A stretch of 64,000 bases of DNA, taken from positions 18,166,001-18,230,000 of the forward strand of contig OZ241829.1 in NCBI GenBank assembly GCA_965202585.1. Direction: 5' to 3'. Positions 25,601 to 37,600 of this stretch are shown here, piece by piece (the first letter of the stretch is position 1; every line of letters starts with the position of its first letter). Under the pieces are notes generated by a model. That model was given only the letters and a program-made list of their open reading frames with translations, was not told where the DNA came from and made no database searches. The position numbers and the translations under genes were made by a program. This DNA is from Thalia democratica (lineage: Eukaryota).

Positions 25601-28600
25601 AGTCTTTTTCATTGTTATAAAACTTTTAATTTTGTTAACTAATTATCTAGTAATAGCGCTATACATTTTTAATTTTAATTTGAATTCAATAATAATTTTT
25701 TGCATTATTGTATTTTCTTAAGTTGTCCATCGTATTATGTTTATCTTATTTTACAGGCCTGAAGATCCCTTAGGGGAGAAACATTGTAGCCTTGTAAATA
25801 AATTAAATAAAAAATTAAGCAACTTGTTAAACAAAATTTTTACAATCAATTTTTAGTCTAAAAGACAAAATAGATTAATTTTAAATTTAAATTTATTTAG
25901 TTTTAAATCTAATTTAAAAAAATACTATTCTGTAAAGATCTTATAAAAATTGATTTTAAGATAAGTGAAAAGTTATATTTCTGTGAATTTTTAAAAGCAT
26001 TGAAAAAGTTAACCTTAAAAAATTTATCTTTTAAACATTTTGTTTTGTATCAAAAACATTTAGTATCTTTAGTAATCTTTCCACACACTCAGGATAACTC
26101 AAGTGGTATGAAATTTTGATTTTTAATTTTGTTTATATTATAAATTTTCTTCATTTTTTAAGATTTATTTTTACAGTTTTATATTGTAATATAGGTACAA
26201 ATGTAGAAGTTAAAAAAAAAACTAGCGCTTTAGATTTCTTCTACAAAAATTAAAAATTTAAAACTTTCAATTTTAATACTGAAGATTTAATATTATTATA
26301 CATAAGATTAAAATAGTATATTAAAAGCGGCAACAAACTAAAAGTATGAATTATTTTGAGTTTAATACAATTCTTTTTTGTTGATTTAAAATAGATATTA
26401 AACATTATTTAGAAATTGCACAGAGAAAAATATTTTGAGGTATTAGTTGTTATACTTAGTTGACTATTTATTTGTAGTTTAAGGCCATAGGGGGGGTAAG
26501 CCATGTTTTTTAGAAGTTGATCTTATTTTATAGATTTTGTTTTAAGCTTTAAGATGCTTTTTGTTGTTTTAAAAAGTTCGAATTATTTTTTGAGATATGA
26601 TCAGTTAAAGTCGGGCCGCATAATAGGTTCCCTATGGGAAGGGAAAACTAAAACAGCGAAAAAAGGCTACTTTGTTTAAAATCTATCTCCTTATACATTT
26701 TTCAAGCAATTTTCTTCAAACTTTAACAGTTTAATCTTTGTACAATAGCTGAAAACATTACTTATGATTTTATAAATTTGTAGTAAAATTTTTATTTTTT
26801 GAAAAAGAAAAGACTTTTTTTTTCATTTTTTTTTATAAAATTTTTGTTTATTTTTATTATTTAAATTCATAAGTTAAATTTTTTTCTTGTAATGTAAGGA
26901 AGAGTTTCTAAAATTTGAAGAAGATTGCTTGAAAAATGAAGTGGGAGATAGGTTTTTAGTAATTTTTTAAATTTCCGAGAAAATTGACCCTGAAAAATTT
27001 GCGGCCCAAAGGTTTTAATTTAGGGGACTTTTTGAAAAAAAAATTTGCGCACCCCCTGACAAAAATACCACGCTACGCCACTGCTTGTGACCATAACTTG
27101 ATTTCATTTAAAATTGAAAGTCAAAAAGTATTTTAAGCTAAAAATCATTCATATGATTTAAAAAAAAGTAGATTTTGAAAACATCAATAATTACTTGTCA
27201 AAAAATAATTAGACTTCGTTATTTAACAAGTCAAGAAATCTCCAACATTTTTATGACCAATTCATCAGCATAATTTAAACCTCAACTAAAGGTTTTATAT
27301 CACTTTATTCTAAAAACAACAAAATTAAAAATATACATCTCACATTAAAAAAATATTAAATGAAAAAATTATTCTTAAAAAAAAAAAAAGACAAACATAT
27401 AATTTTCTAAAGATTATAAAAATAAGTCAAAAGAATATCAATTAGCCGTTGAATAATAAAATTTTGAACATTAAGAGAATTCCGCAAAAACCCAAGTTTA
27501 AAAACGTTTTATTTTACGTAAAATCTAAAATTAAATTAAGTACTGCAAAACCCCTTTTCATGTGACAATGATAAAGATAAAACAGTAATTTCGGACTTTG
27601 AAGTAGCCTCAATTTCAAGGAGAAGTTTCCAAAAAGTACTAAAAAAAGATGATAACAACCAAAGTTTTAAACTAGCTCAAAAAAATTATAGTAAAATTGA
27701 AAACTTTTTTACAACTTATGAAGACACTAACAATTCATTTAACCACCTAAAAAATGAATCATTAGAACCCCAGAAAATATCCCGCCCTATTTTTTATTAA
27801 GTATGCAATTTCATGAATAGTTTTTACATTTTCATTAGTTTTAAATTGCTTATATTATTAGCTGAAGTACCAAAAAAAAATGTATTTTGTCATTCTAGTC
27901 CATAAGAAGAGTGACAAACACAACACGTTAAACTATAGGCCAATATCTTTAACTAGTGCCTTTTCTAGATTTTCTTAGCACATTATATCTACAAAAATTC
28001 ATAAGCACCTTATTAACTATAATTTACTATCTAAAATACAATTCGATTTTGTCCCTAACCGCTCGTCAAATATTCGTCTGTTAGCATGCTTACATTCATG
28101 GATATTTCCTTATCTCAAAAACTAATATATTAAAGTAGTTTACACTTATATTAAAAAAAGCTTTCGATTCAGTATCACACAAACGATTATTAAGTTTTTT
28201 TTTTAGCTAATACGTACGACATGAATCCTTAGTGAATTGGTTCAAAAATATTTTAGTTAGGGGATAACAAAGTGTGGTAATTAATGATACGCTGTCAGAC
28301 CCTTTAACGATATACAGCGGAGTACCACAAGGTGGTGTAATTAGTAATTGTAACAGTTAGTGACAAGGTTCATTTTTTCACGTAGCAATGACTATGTGGA
28401 ACAAGTTACCACAGGAAGTGGTGTCGTGTGAGAGGGTGGAACATTTTTGCATACAACTAAAAGAATTAATCTAAATTTAAAAAATACCAGTAAAGTTCAA
28501 TAATTGTCCAATAAAAAGAAGATATCTTTATAATATCTAACTCATCGAAATTAACTACTGAATCTTTTTTTTTCAATGTATAATATTAATTATTTTCATT

Positions 28601-31600
28601 TCCCTACGCCTCCCCCCTAACAGACTTTTTTTTTCTTTTATTGAACTTGTAGAAATGTTTTATGTCATATAAACAATCGTCTATTTGGTTGTACTTTCTT
28701 TTTTGTATGAACCAAGTTGTCGCCTTTTAAACTAAACATTTAAGTTTAAGCTTTAATTAGTTCTTTATAAATTTAATTTAGTTTAATTTTTTTGTTTATG
28801 TTTGTTTTTTATAAAAAAACCGTTGAATAAAAAATACTTTATCTAAATTTTTATTTTTGTGTGTCCTGTTTAAGTGGCCAAGATTCTGATGCCTGAATTC
28901 AACATTACATACAAAACTAATAATAATAATAATAATATATTAGAAATCTTTATATTTATCAATGTGACAAAATGTCAAAAACTGTTGAAAATAAAATACT
29001 AAAAAAGTGTAATACTTGACCATTTACCACATTGTTTGAATAAAAACTACTTTGATAATTTATTTTTCCAACTTACCACTCAAACACTCAAATTCTTTAA
29101 AAACCCAGGTTCCATTGACACAACTATGAGTGGTGTCCTGATCATATGGAACTAAAAAGTACGGTTGTTGGCAAGTGTAAGAAACTTCAAGTTCAACTTC
29201 TTCTCCTGAATCAACTGGAGCTGTTACATCCACACTCTTCAACGCGTTTGTAATAGCTCTTGATAAACCACAATCTGTAAATTGAATTTGTTATTTAGAG
29301 TATTGTAGAATTAAAGTTTCACAAAAGTGATTTTAACTGACACTACTGACAACGTTTTATAGTTTAACCACACATTGTTTCTATAAGTATTTAAACTTAT
29401 TTTAAAATTTAATAGAAAAAGAAACTACCTATAATATTTTAAATCAATGAGAAGACAAAAAGTAAGTTTTTTTCAATTTTGCACAAGCTTATAAACTATT
29501 TATTTTTGTTAACTTATGTTAACTGCATTTTACATCTGTACTGTAAATCTGACATGAGTGTATACTTTTGCTGTAAATATTAGTAAATAACTAACAATTT
29601 ACAATTTTTATTTGTAAGTTATTTGCCAAACTAAAATGAAAAGTTTTGTAATCTATTCCTAATACTACCGTCTAATAACTTCATTTATATTGTTATTTTG
29701 GGTCATTCTTATATGAATATATATAGTATTTTATTTTAACTGTTCAAAATATAGGTTTAATCGTTTGCTAATAAAAGATCCTAGTGAAATAACTTCACTG
29801 GAATATAAATAAAAACAAATTGTACAGTAATCTTCCTTTATTGTACCAATATATAATTCTGTGTGTTAATGAATCAACACACTTCAACTGGGTTCTGTAA
29901 AAAAAAATTACTGTAATGAAAGAATAGAAGCATAGAATAAACTGGGTGTATACATGTTTTTCATTAAAATAAAATAATTTCTACAGATAATAGTTAATAA
30001 TAGGTAAAAACTTAATATTAAATCCGACTGTTATAAAACTATATAATATTTGTAATTATCAAATCTAAAACAAGTAAAGTAAACTAAAATACACAACAAA
30101 ACAACAAATCATAACATAAATAAAGCACTCACGTTAAATGGAAAGAATAACTAATTCAAATTTACTGTTGTTAATGAATGAACGAAATACATTTATTACA
30201 TCTAATAATTACGTCGCTATATAAATGAGGTTATTTCAACTGTTTAATTTGTATTGCAAAGTTTTTTAATTTAGTTTTTACGTTTGTAATCTATTTTGAA
30301 CAAAAATAAAACATGAACCATTAGTTAGTGAATCAATAAAATCTAATAAAACTTAACAACGGCGAAGACAATAAAAGTCACAGAAAAAAACCAGTTTAGT
30401 AAAATCGTTTAATGAACTACTTATTTGTTGACTAGTTTTAATTTGATAAAGATAATTTTATTTATTTAAGGTGACACCGTTAAAAAGAAAAAGTTAAGGA
30501 AAATAAACAATCTTGTTTTCATTTATAAAAGAAAAAAATTTCACATAAAAAAATTATGTTTCTTAACAAAAAGTTAACTTCTACTATAACAAAACCATAA
30601 GAAGTTAGCTAATTAAAAAAAAAACTCTTTATAAAAATTAATAATTATAAATAATAAATAACAAACTGCAATAAATTAAAAAAAAATTAACTAAAATAGT
30701 CAACTAAAGTGGTATTTATGCAATAATCTTAACAAGAGCACCGAGCCAAAACCACTCAAAAAGCAAAACTCTAAAGAAGATAGCTCAAAAAAAAACGTAA
30801 TAGATAAACCAGCAACCTCTTAAGCACGTAGGAGCCTCAGTGTGAGGCCAGCTTCTGTCCTCATTGCAAGTGAATGTATAGGTGGTACCGGGGACAGCCA
30901 CCAAACCGTTTGTGCAGCGGTAGGTGGCCTCTGGCATCGGCAACCACTTACCTTCCAGCTTTTTGGTGATTGTCACGTCTACGTTTTGTCCCTTTGGTGG
31001 GTCAGCGCATTCTGTTGTGGTTATTTAAGTAAACGTAAAAAAGCTGTCTTTATAATTGCTGTAGCATTTAAATAAAGCCATTTCTTTAGCTTTAAGCATG
31101 ATGTTTTTAATAAGTTGCAAAGAAAAGTATTGAAATTAAAAAGGACCTCTGAGACAGCCGACAGCGTGTTTCCATCCCATCGTGGTGCAGACGACTTGGT
31201 TGTTCAACGGATGGGGAGTAGCATCAGTGTTGCAGGCGAAGTTCAGGAGCTCACCGTCAAAGTATTCTTCATCCGGGTTTACGTCACTGTACACTCCGTT
31301 GTACAGCACTGGCGGCGGATTTTCGCAAGCTGAAAACAAGTAGTTTAAAAGTCTACTTTATTAAATAATTTTCGAATTGGTCAAAGTTTTAGGTGGAGCT
31401 GAGAGCTTGAAATAATTTACTGTCAGTGATGACAATATACGCGAGATGATGTCATAAAAGTGCAGAGCAACAAAAGTACATGGGTCTCTGATACATTCCA
31501 TGTTAATTTTTATTACAGTTTTAATACAGTATAGTTTTGATATACAAATTTTAACAAAGTTCAAAGTAGTTCAACCTTCCTCGTAGTCGCTATGACGTCA

Positions 31601-34600
31601 TCATATGTTAATCGTGACGTCTGTCATACCAGGCTTTATAAAACTTAAATGAAAATTTTATATTTCTGTTTTACAAATACAAAAACTGCCTGTGCCAGCC
31701 GAAAATGTACAGTACGAAGTTCAACAAAAATCTCACCGTCAAAGGAGAACGTTTTGTTGATCTCAAGAGCTTCAAGACTGTTCGTTTTGCATTCTGCCCA
31801 GCTGGGAACGGGGGCGTGTTCTGGAAATCTGCCGGTTACCACAACCCAAGAGTGGTGTGTGTCTGTTTGAAATGATACTTGTGTTGAAGCAGGTATTAAT
31901 AACTGTGGTTTTCAATGAAATGTAAAGTTTTACATAGTCATTTATTATAATATTATCGAAAACGCTCTTTTTGGAAAAACGTTTCAACATCTGTATTAAT
32001 ATAAAATATCTAATTCTTACATTTGCTGTCCTTGTAGATATATATTTTTTATTACCAATAAATTAAGTTTAGTGATGAAATTGAGTTATCTGTTTTCAAG
32101 CTTTTAGTTATAGGATTGTGTAGAAAATATTATATTTGAAAGAATAGTTCATCTTTTTGTAATTTTTCTTTAGAAATAAATGTTTTTTTAAAACTCCACA
32201 AGTACTAAAGTAAAATGTAATTAAAAAATTTATACTACTATATGTTATAGGAAAGTTATACATAAACTATAGTGTTTGCAAAACTTTTATTGTTAATGAG
32301 CAATATTTATAAGCAGTTAAAGTATGAATATAAATTAATAAATAAACTTTTAAAAACATAACTAAAAAAAAATAGCCAAGTAGTTGCATTTTAAGTTTAA
32401 ATACGAGTTTATTTGACGATTCAAAAATAAACTAAGTTATTAGACTCTTAAAAGTACAGTAAAATGATACAACGAGTAATAACCAAGGGTTTCCAATGAG
32501 CATCTATCAATTCTGTCTACTCCGATTTTCGCCATTATATTGTTGGAATTTTGTGAAAACTTTTGACGGAGTTTTTGCGCTCCTCTAACTGCCATGACTA
32601 TCACGTCACCGTAATTCGAATTGTCTTCGATGAAAGCAGCCATGCGTTCAAGCTGATTAAAAGTCTTCGATGATAAACCGTTTTCAATATTTCGGTATCA
32701 TAGATAAAATTTGTTAAACCAAGTAAAATCTAATTAAGATTACATTTTAGACTTTAAGTTAAATTATTTCAACAGTCTCATATAATTTCATTCTCTTCTA
32801 CAAAATAAAAACAAACAATTTATCTAAAACTGACAAAAAACTTCAAAATTGTTATAGCATAATAGTTTATTCTTACTTTAAGTTTTAATCAATGTACTAA
32901 TAAATTCAAAATGACCCACTATAATTTCATCCAGCATGGTGTCGAACCTGTTGTATTGGACAGTGTCGGTCAAAGGGTTTATGATTGCAACGCCAGTTCC
33001 TCTTTCGCTCCCGAACAAATTATCGGATCCTTGCCACTTTATGATTCCGTTCCTTTGCGTTGACGCACCATAGCCCGCTGATAATGCGTAAACGTGGAAA
33101 GTCTCTGCCAAAATAAAAACTAATAGATTCAGCGATTTTTTTTTTGAAATACTTTAAATCAGATAAAGGTTTATTTTCACTAAAATCTTGATGTGTTAAC
33201 TTTTTTAGTTTTGTGTTCTAGTCCTTATAATTAATTGTTTTATTTAGTTTATCATACTGAGAAGGTAGAATACTATGAAAAATGTAAGAATAACAAAAAC
33301 TAAAAAGTGTACTATAAAGATCAATAAAAACCCTTACTAGTTTTAAAAGTAACTTACTAACAATTGATCTTATAACAAAACTATAAAAAATGTATTTAAT
33401 TGTGACCGTTTATGTAAGTTGTTTAGTGATATTCACTAACTTTAATTTTAACATTAATTTGGTATTAAGTAAAATTTGTTCTGTTAGATTGACTTGTCCT
33501 ACAATGTAAGCTAACTGATTTTCAGTAAAAATTATTATTGCATTTTCTTCGTTGCCAAGCAAATCTCTAAAAAGTGCTGTTTTTTTATGGTTTGAAGTCA
33601 CAGTGGGATGTTGTGTGAGATCTTTCAAAGAAGCTTGTTGAAACGTGCTGCTCTTTGCTCTTATATAACAAGCTTTGTTTGTAGTGTTTGATTTAATATG
33701 TTCCTAACTTGTATATTTATAATATTTCCAGAACATATGTAAGTCAGTAGACCACATATGTACTTGTTTTACCTAAAATGTGGTTAACCTATTGTTAGTT
33801 TAATCTATTGTATGATATATACGTGCTGTTTGTATAACATATTTTTAGAACTATCCCAAACTGGTGCCTGATTTAAACCTTAGCTCACCGTTTTTAACAG
33901 AATTTCTTAAATTTCATCCGAGCGTTTTGGCTTGTCATGCTTTGCTTCCACCTTTAATGCAAATAAAACTGCCGCGCGTACAAATATAAAGCAAATTAGC
34001 TTTTTTAAAACCTGCGCACAATGGATAACTAGAAGTTTGACTTTGATTACAACTCGTTAAGTTTTGTTTATATATGTAGTAATAGAGTCCTGTTTTAATA
34101 ACTACATAACTTTTTTTATTCCTTGAAATAAATTCAAGTTGTATATATTAGGTATCAATTTATACTTTAAACGTATTTTATGAATGCAAATATTTAATAA
34201 TTAGTATCTAAAAAGAAAATTAAACTTCAAAACAAAAAATGTTTTTTTTGTAAATAGTTGTAATGACTACTATTTTAAGCTTACTCTCAACTAAACTGAC
34301 TTGGAGAGTAAATTGAAACAAAACATAAAACTAGAAACAAATAGTTTTTCTAACCATACTCTTAAACAAACAGAATAAAACTTCAACTGACTTGGCGTGC
34401 AGGCGGGAGGTGTGGAGCGATCCCAATCGCCTGAGTCCTGACAAGTGATCGTGTCGGAACCTTCCAGGGTGTGGTGAGCATCGCATGAGTAGACGGCTTT
34501 TGTGCCAGGAATCATCAATTTGTCGTCAGTGCTGTACACTATCTTGTAGTTGGACCGGCCTTCGAGAGGTGGGTATGGGCAAACTGGTATGGAAACAAGC

Positions 34601-37600
34601 AAGTTTAACAATTACGTTATGATATAGTTTTTCAAAGCATTATCAAGAAAATTTACAAAATATAAACATGGCAAAAAATATAACACTTTAGTAATATTGA
34701 CCGATTTAAATAGCATCTAGATTATACTTTCTTTTCAGAAACAGAACCTAAAACAAAGACATTAGATAAAATCATTAACCAAATATTACTATCAGTATAG
34801 CATTTTTCACAAACTTAAATTGTAACTAAAAGAAATGAGATTAAAACCTGGGTAGCACTGAAAAATTGACGTCCATTGACCGTTTTCATCACAAGTTAAT
34901 TTGGACACATTTGACACGAAATCAGCATTGCATGTGTACTTAACTTCAGTACCATTCAAATAAACCTCTCCTCTTTTATTAGGATTGAAAATTTCGGGAT
35001 TTTGAGCGTTTTTAACTGTTGGTATATCATCGCATTCTGAATATTAACATTTGAGGTAGTTTAATTTTGGTTTGTTTGAAACAATTGTCGCATAAACTAC
35101 AAATTATTAAAAAAAAAGAACAGCATTGAGAATACTGAAAAAACCTTTTTTCAATCGTCTAATCGTTTTAAAAATCTACACACAAGTTTCACACAAACCT
35201 TTAATGCAACTTATTATTTCTTCAGGTTCCCACGTTGCTCCCAGTTCACAACGGAATCGAACATTTGCATTTTCGTTTACCAGATAGTAATTAGGATTAC
35301 AGCTATAATCAACTATACTTTCTACCATGCTTCCATTATCAAGCCTCACAGTTTTATATGGAGTTGTATACGAGTTTTGAGTGTATGGAGGTACTTCGCA
35401 GACTAAAAATACGTGTATATGAGTCATATCACTTGCAAATAAAACTAGACTTGATGGTTCAAAGAATATTTTAAGCAACCAGTTTGTATTTTATATAATG
35501 ACTACTAATCGGTATTTAAAAGATGTAATCGTTATTTATTTTTGAAACTTTTTTTATAAACACACTTTGAATATTAAATATTTGAAAGTATTTTCTAATT
35601 TTTAATTTAAATTTGTCAAAATTTAGTATTTAGCACCAAACTATAAAAATCGTATAGTTTTTGTTTATTCTTTGCTTGTTGTTTTGTTTTTACTCACGTG
35701 GAGCACACTCAGGGGCATTTTGAAAGTCCCAGCTTCCATTAAAGTCACAAGTCAGCGTTTTATTTTCACCCCACAAAAAACTGTGTGAAGGAGCACACTC
35801 GTAGGTAACTTCAGTTTCACTCCAAAACTCGTCTTTTTTATGGCTGAATGTTATATCTGAAGTGACGTAATCTCCTACAGGAGGCGATGGACATCCTAAA
35901 GGAATGTTAATTGTTATTCCCTTATAATATTAAAAATAAGGACATCTATTTTCGAAATAAACAAGCTGATTCAAAAAATTTAAAAACAAAGCTTAAAAAA
36001 ATAAAATAAACTAAATTACTGATTTTGACTGCATTTGAACACGTTTGTAAAACCTCCACAAAACTAAATTAATCTAGCAAATTAGGTCAGTTAAAGTTTA
36101 TGAAAGAATTAAAAAAAAAAACACAGTTGGTTCATAATTAAAAATAAAACTAAAAAAAAATCAAGATGGTAATTAAAGGTATTATTTTAAATAAAAGAAC
36201 ATAACTGACTTTTTTTTTATATCTAGTAAGACTGTATTTAAGCCAAAAATTAAGGTAACTTAACTTTATAAAATCCAAATCTATCTTGTAAATTACATAT
36301 AAACTAATAATTCTCTTTTTATGAAGTCGTCTATACAAAATTATGCTGTGACAGCTACAAATTATCAAATTTAGTTTCTATGTTTTTATGTCTTTAAAAT
36401 TAATTGCGAGTGTTTGACTTAAAACGAGAGATTTAACTTAATTAGTTTTTATACTTAATCGTAAAACTTTTTGTACTTTAAAAAATATGAAATCTTGTAA
36501 GTTAAACTAAAGCAAATATTATACTTATAAGTTTTAGTTAAAAAAAATAAGTTTTTACATAACGCGTATTAACTTGTGATACAGAGAGGTTCTCTAGTGT
36601 TGTTATAAGATCCATTTTCTAAACACTTGTATACATAATCACTTGATGTCCCATCATGAAATATATAGTTATTATTACAAGTATAACTTAAAATATCACC
36701 ATCTACGTATACTTTGTTTCTTTTTTGGTGAAGAATATTTAAATTTCCGTTTGGTATGTCATCGAGTTTAGAACAACCTAAATAAAATAAATATTATAAC
36801 GCTGTGGTCACTAGTTGCCTGATAAGTTCGACAATAAACATTGGTTTACCAAAATCGTAAAAATATATCTAAGTTTATTATGTCTATCTTTTAAAAAAAA
36901 AAAATAAAATATTAACTCACAAACCTAAAATTTAAGTTTTTTAGAAAAAGGTAATTTATGTTACTTAAAACAGGAATTTAGTATCAATGATTAAAATATT
37001 ATATATTTTTAGTTTTGAATTTTGTTGACAAGTAAAAGCAAACATAATATGTTAACAATTAGGTTTTACACTTACAATTTATGAAACTTCAGTTTTATTT
37101 TACATTATAACATGTTCAAATTATTTATTTTGATTAATAACAACATTAATGAAAAAATAATGTTTTATATGAAAATAAACAATTTGACCGACTTTTTAAA
37201 CATTCAAACTCATTCTTCTCCCAGTCTCCACCATTTACACAGTTGTAAGTTGTATTAACAGACTCTGGCACCAAAAAGTACGAATTTTTGCAAGTGTAAG
37301 TAACTCTTTGCTCAATTGTTTCTGAATTAACTTGATATTCTAAGTTAATAGTTTTTTCTGCGTTTGGTATTGTTGGTGATGGGCCACAATCTGGAAAAAC
37401 ACTAGGATTTTTAGAAATAATTTGTAAATTATAAAACACGAAGTTAAGCATAACGTAAATAAAGTTACAAAATAGTAACAAAACTTTTGTTAAGTAAAAA
37501 AAAATCAAGTTTCTCAATAAGCAATATGGTAAACTTTTAATACGCAGTAGGTAGTGTATAACTTAAAATGAATTGTTTTTTTACGTGTTGATTAGACTAG

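Larger units (their letters stand above)
24289..27083. mobile_element. hAT-like non-autonomous element with perfect 8-bp TSD
   Basis: TIRs CAGGGGCGTAGCGTGG / CCACGCTACGCCACTG; TSD CTTGTGAC at 24281-24288 and 27084-27091. Confidence 0.9.
23250..28935 (+). mobile_element. Degenerate CR1-group LINE (APE and RT), interrupted by nested insertions, intronic and antisense
   Basis: APE: FLSETWL, RGEGVAI, GDFNLP, PTHKIGNILDL, split TCD|HNLI. RT: NYRPISLTS, KAFDSVSH, SGVPQG, then WNKLPQEVV. Ends in (TAA)n near 28918-28935. Left boundary approximate. Confidence 0.8.

Noticed and set aside
33410-34020. Extra exon of the CCP gene (ORF 33410-33628)
   Set aside because: No phase-1 acceptor gives an open frame, and exon 48 splices in frame directly to 33104. 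Probably a decayed TE, too degraded to call.
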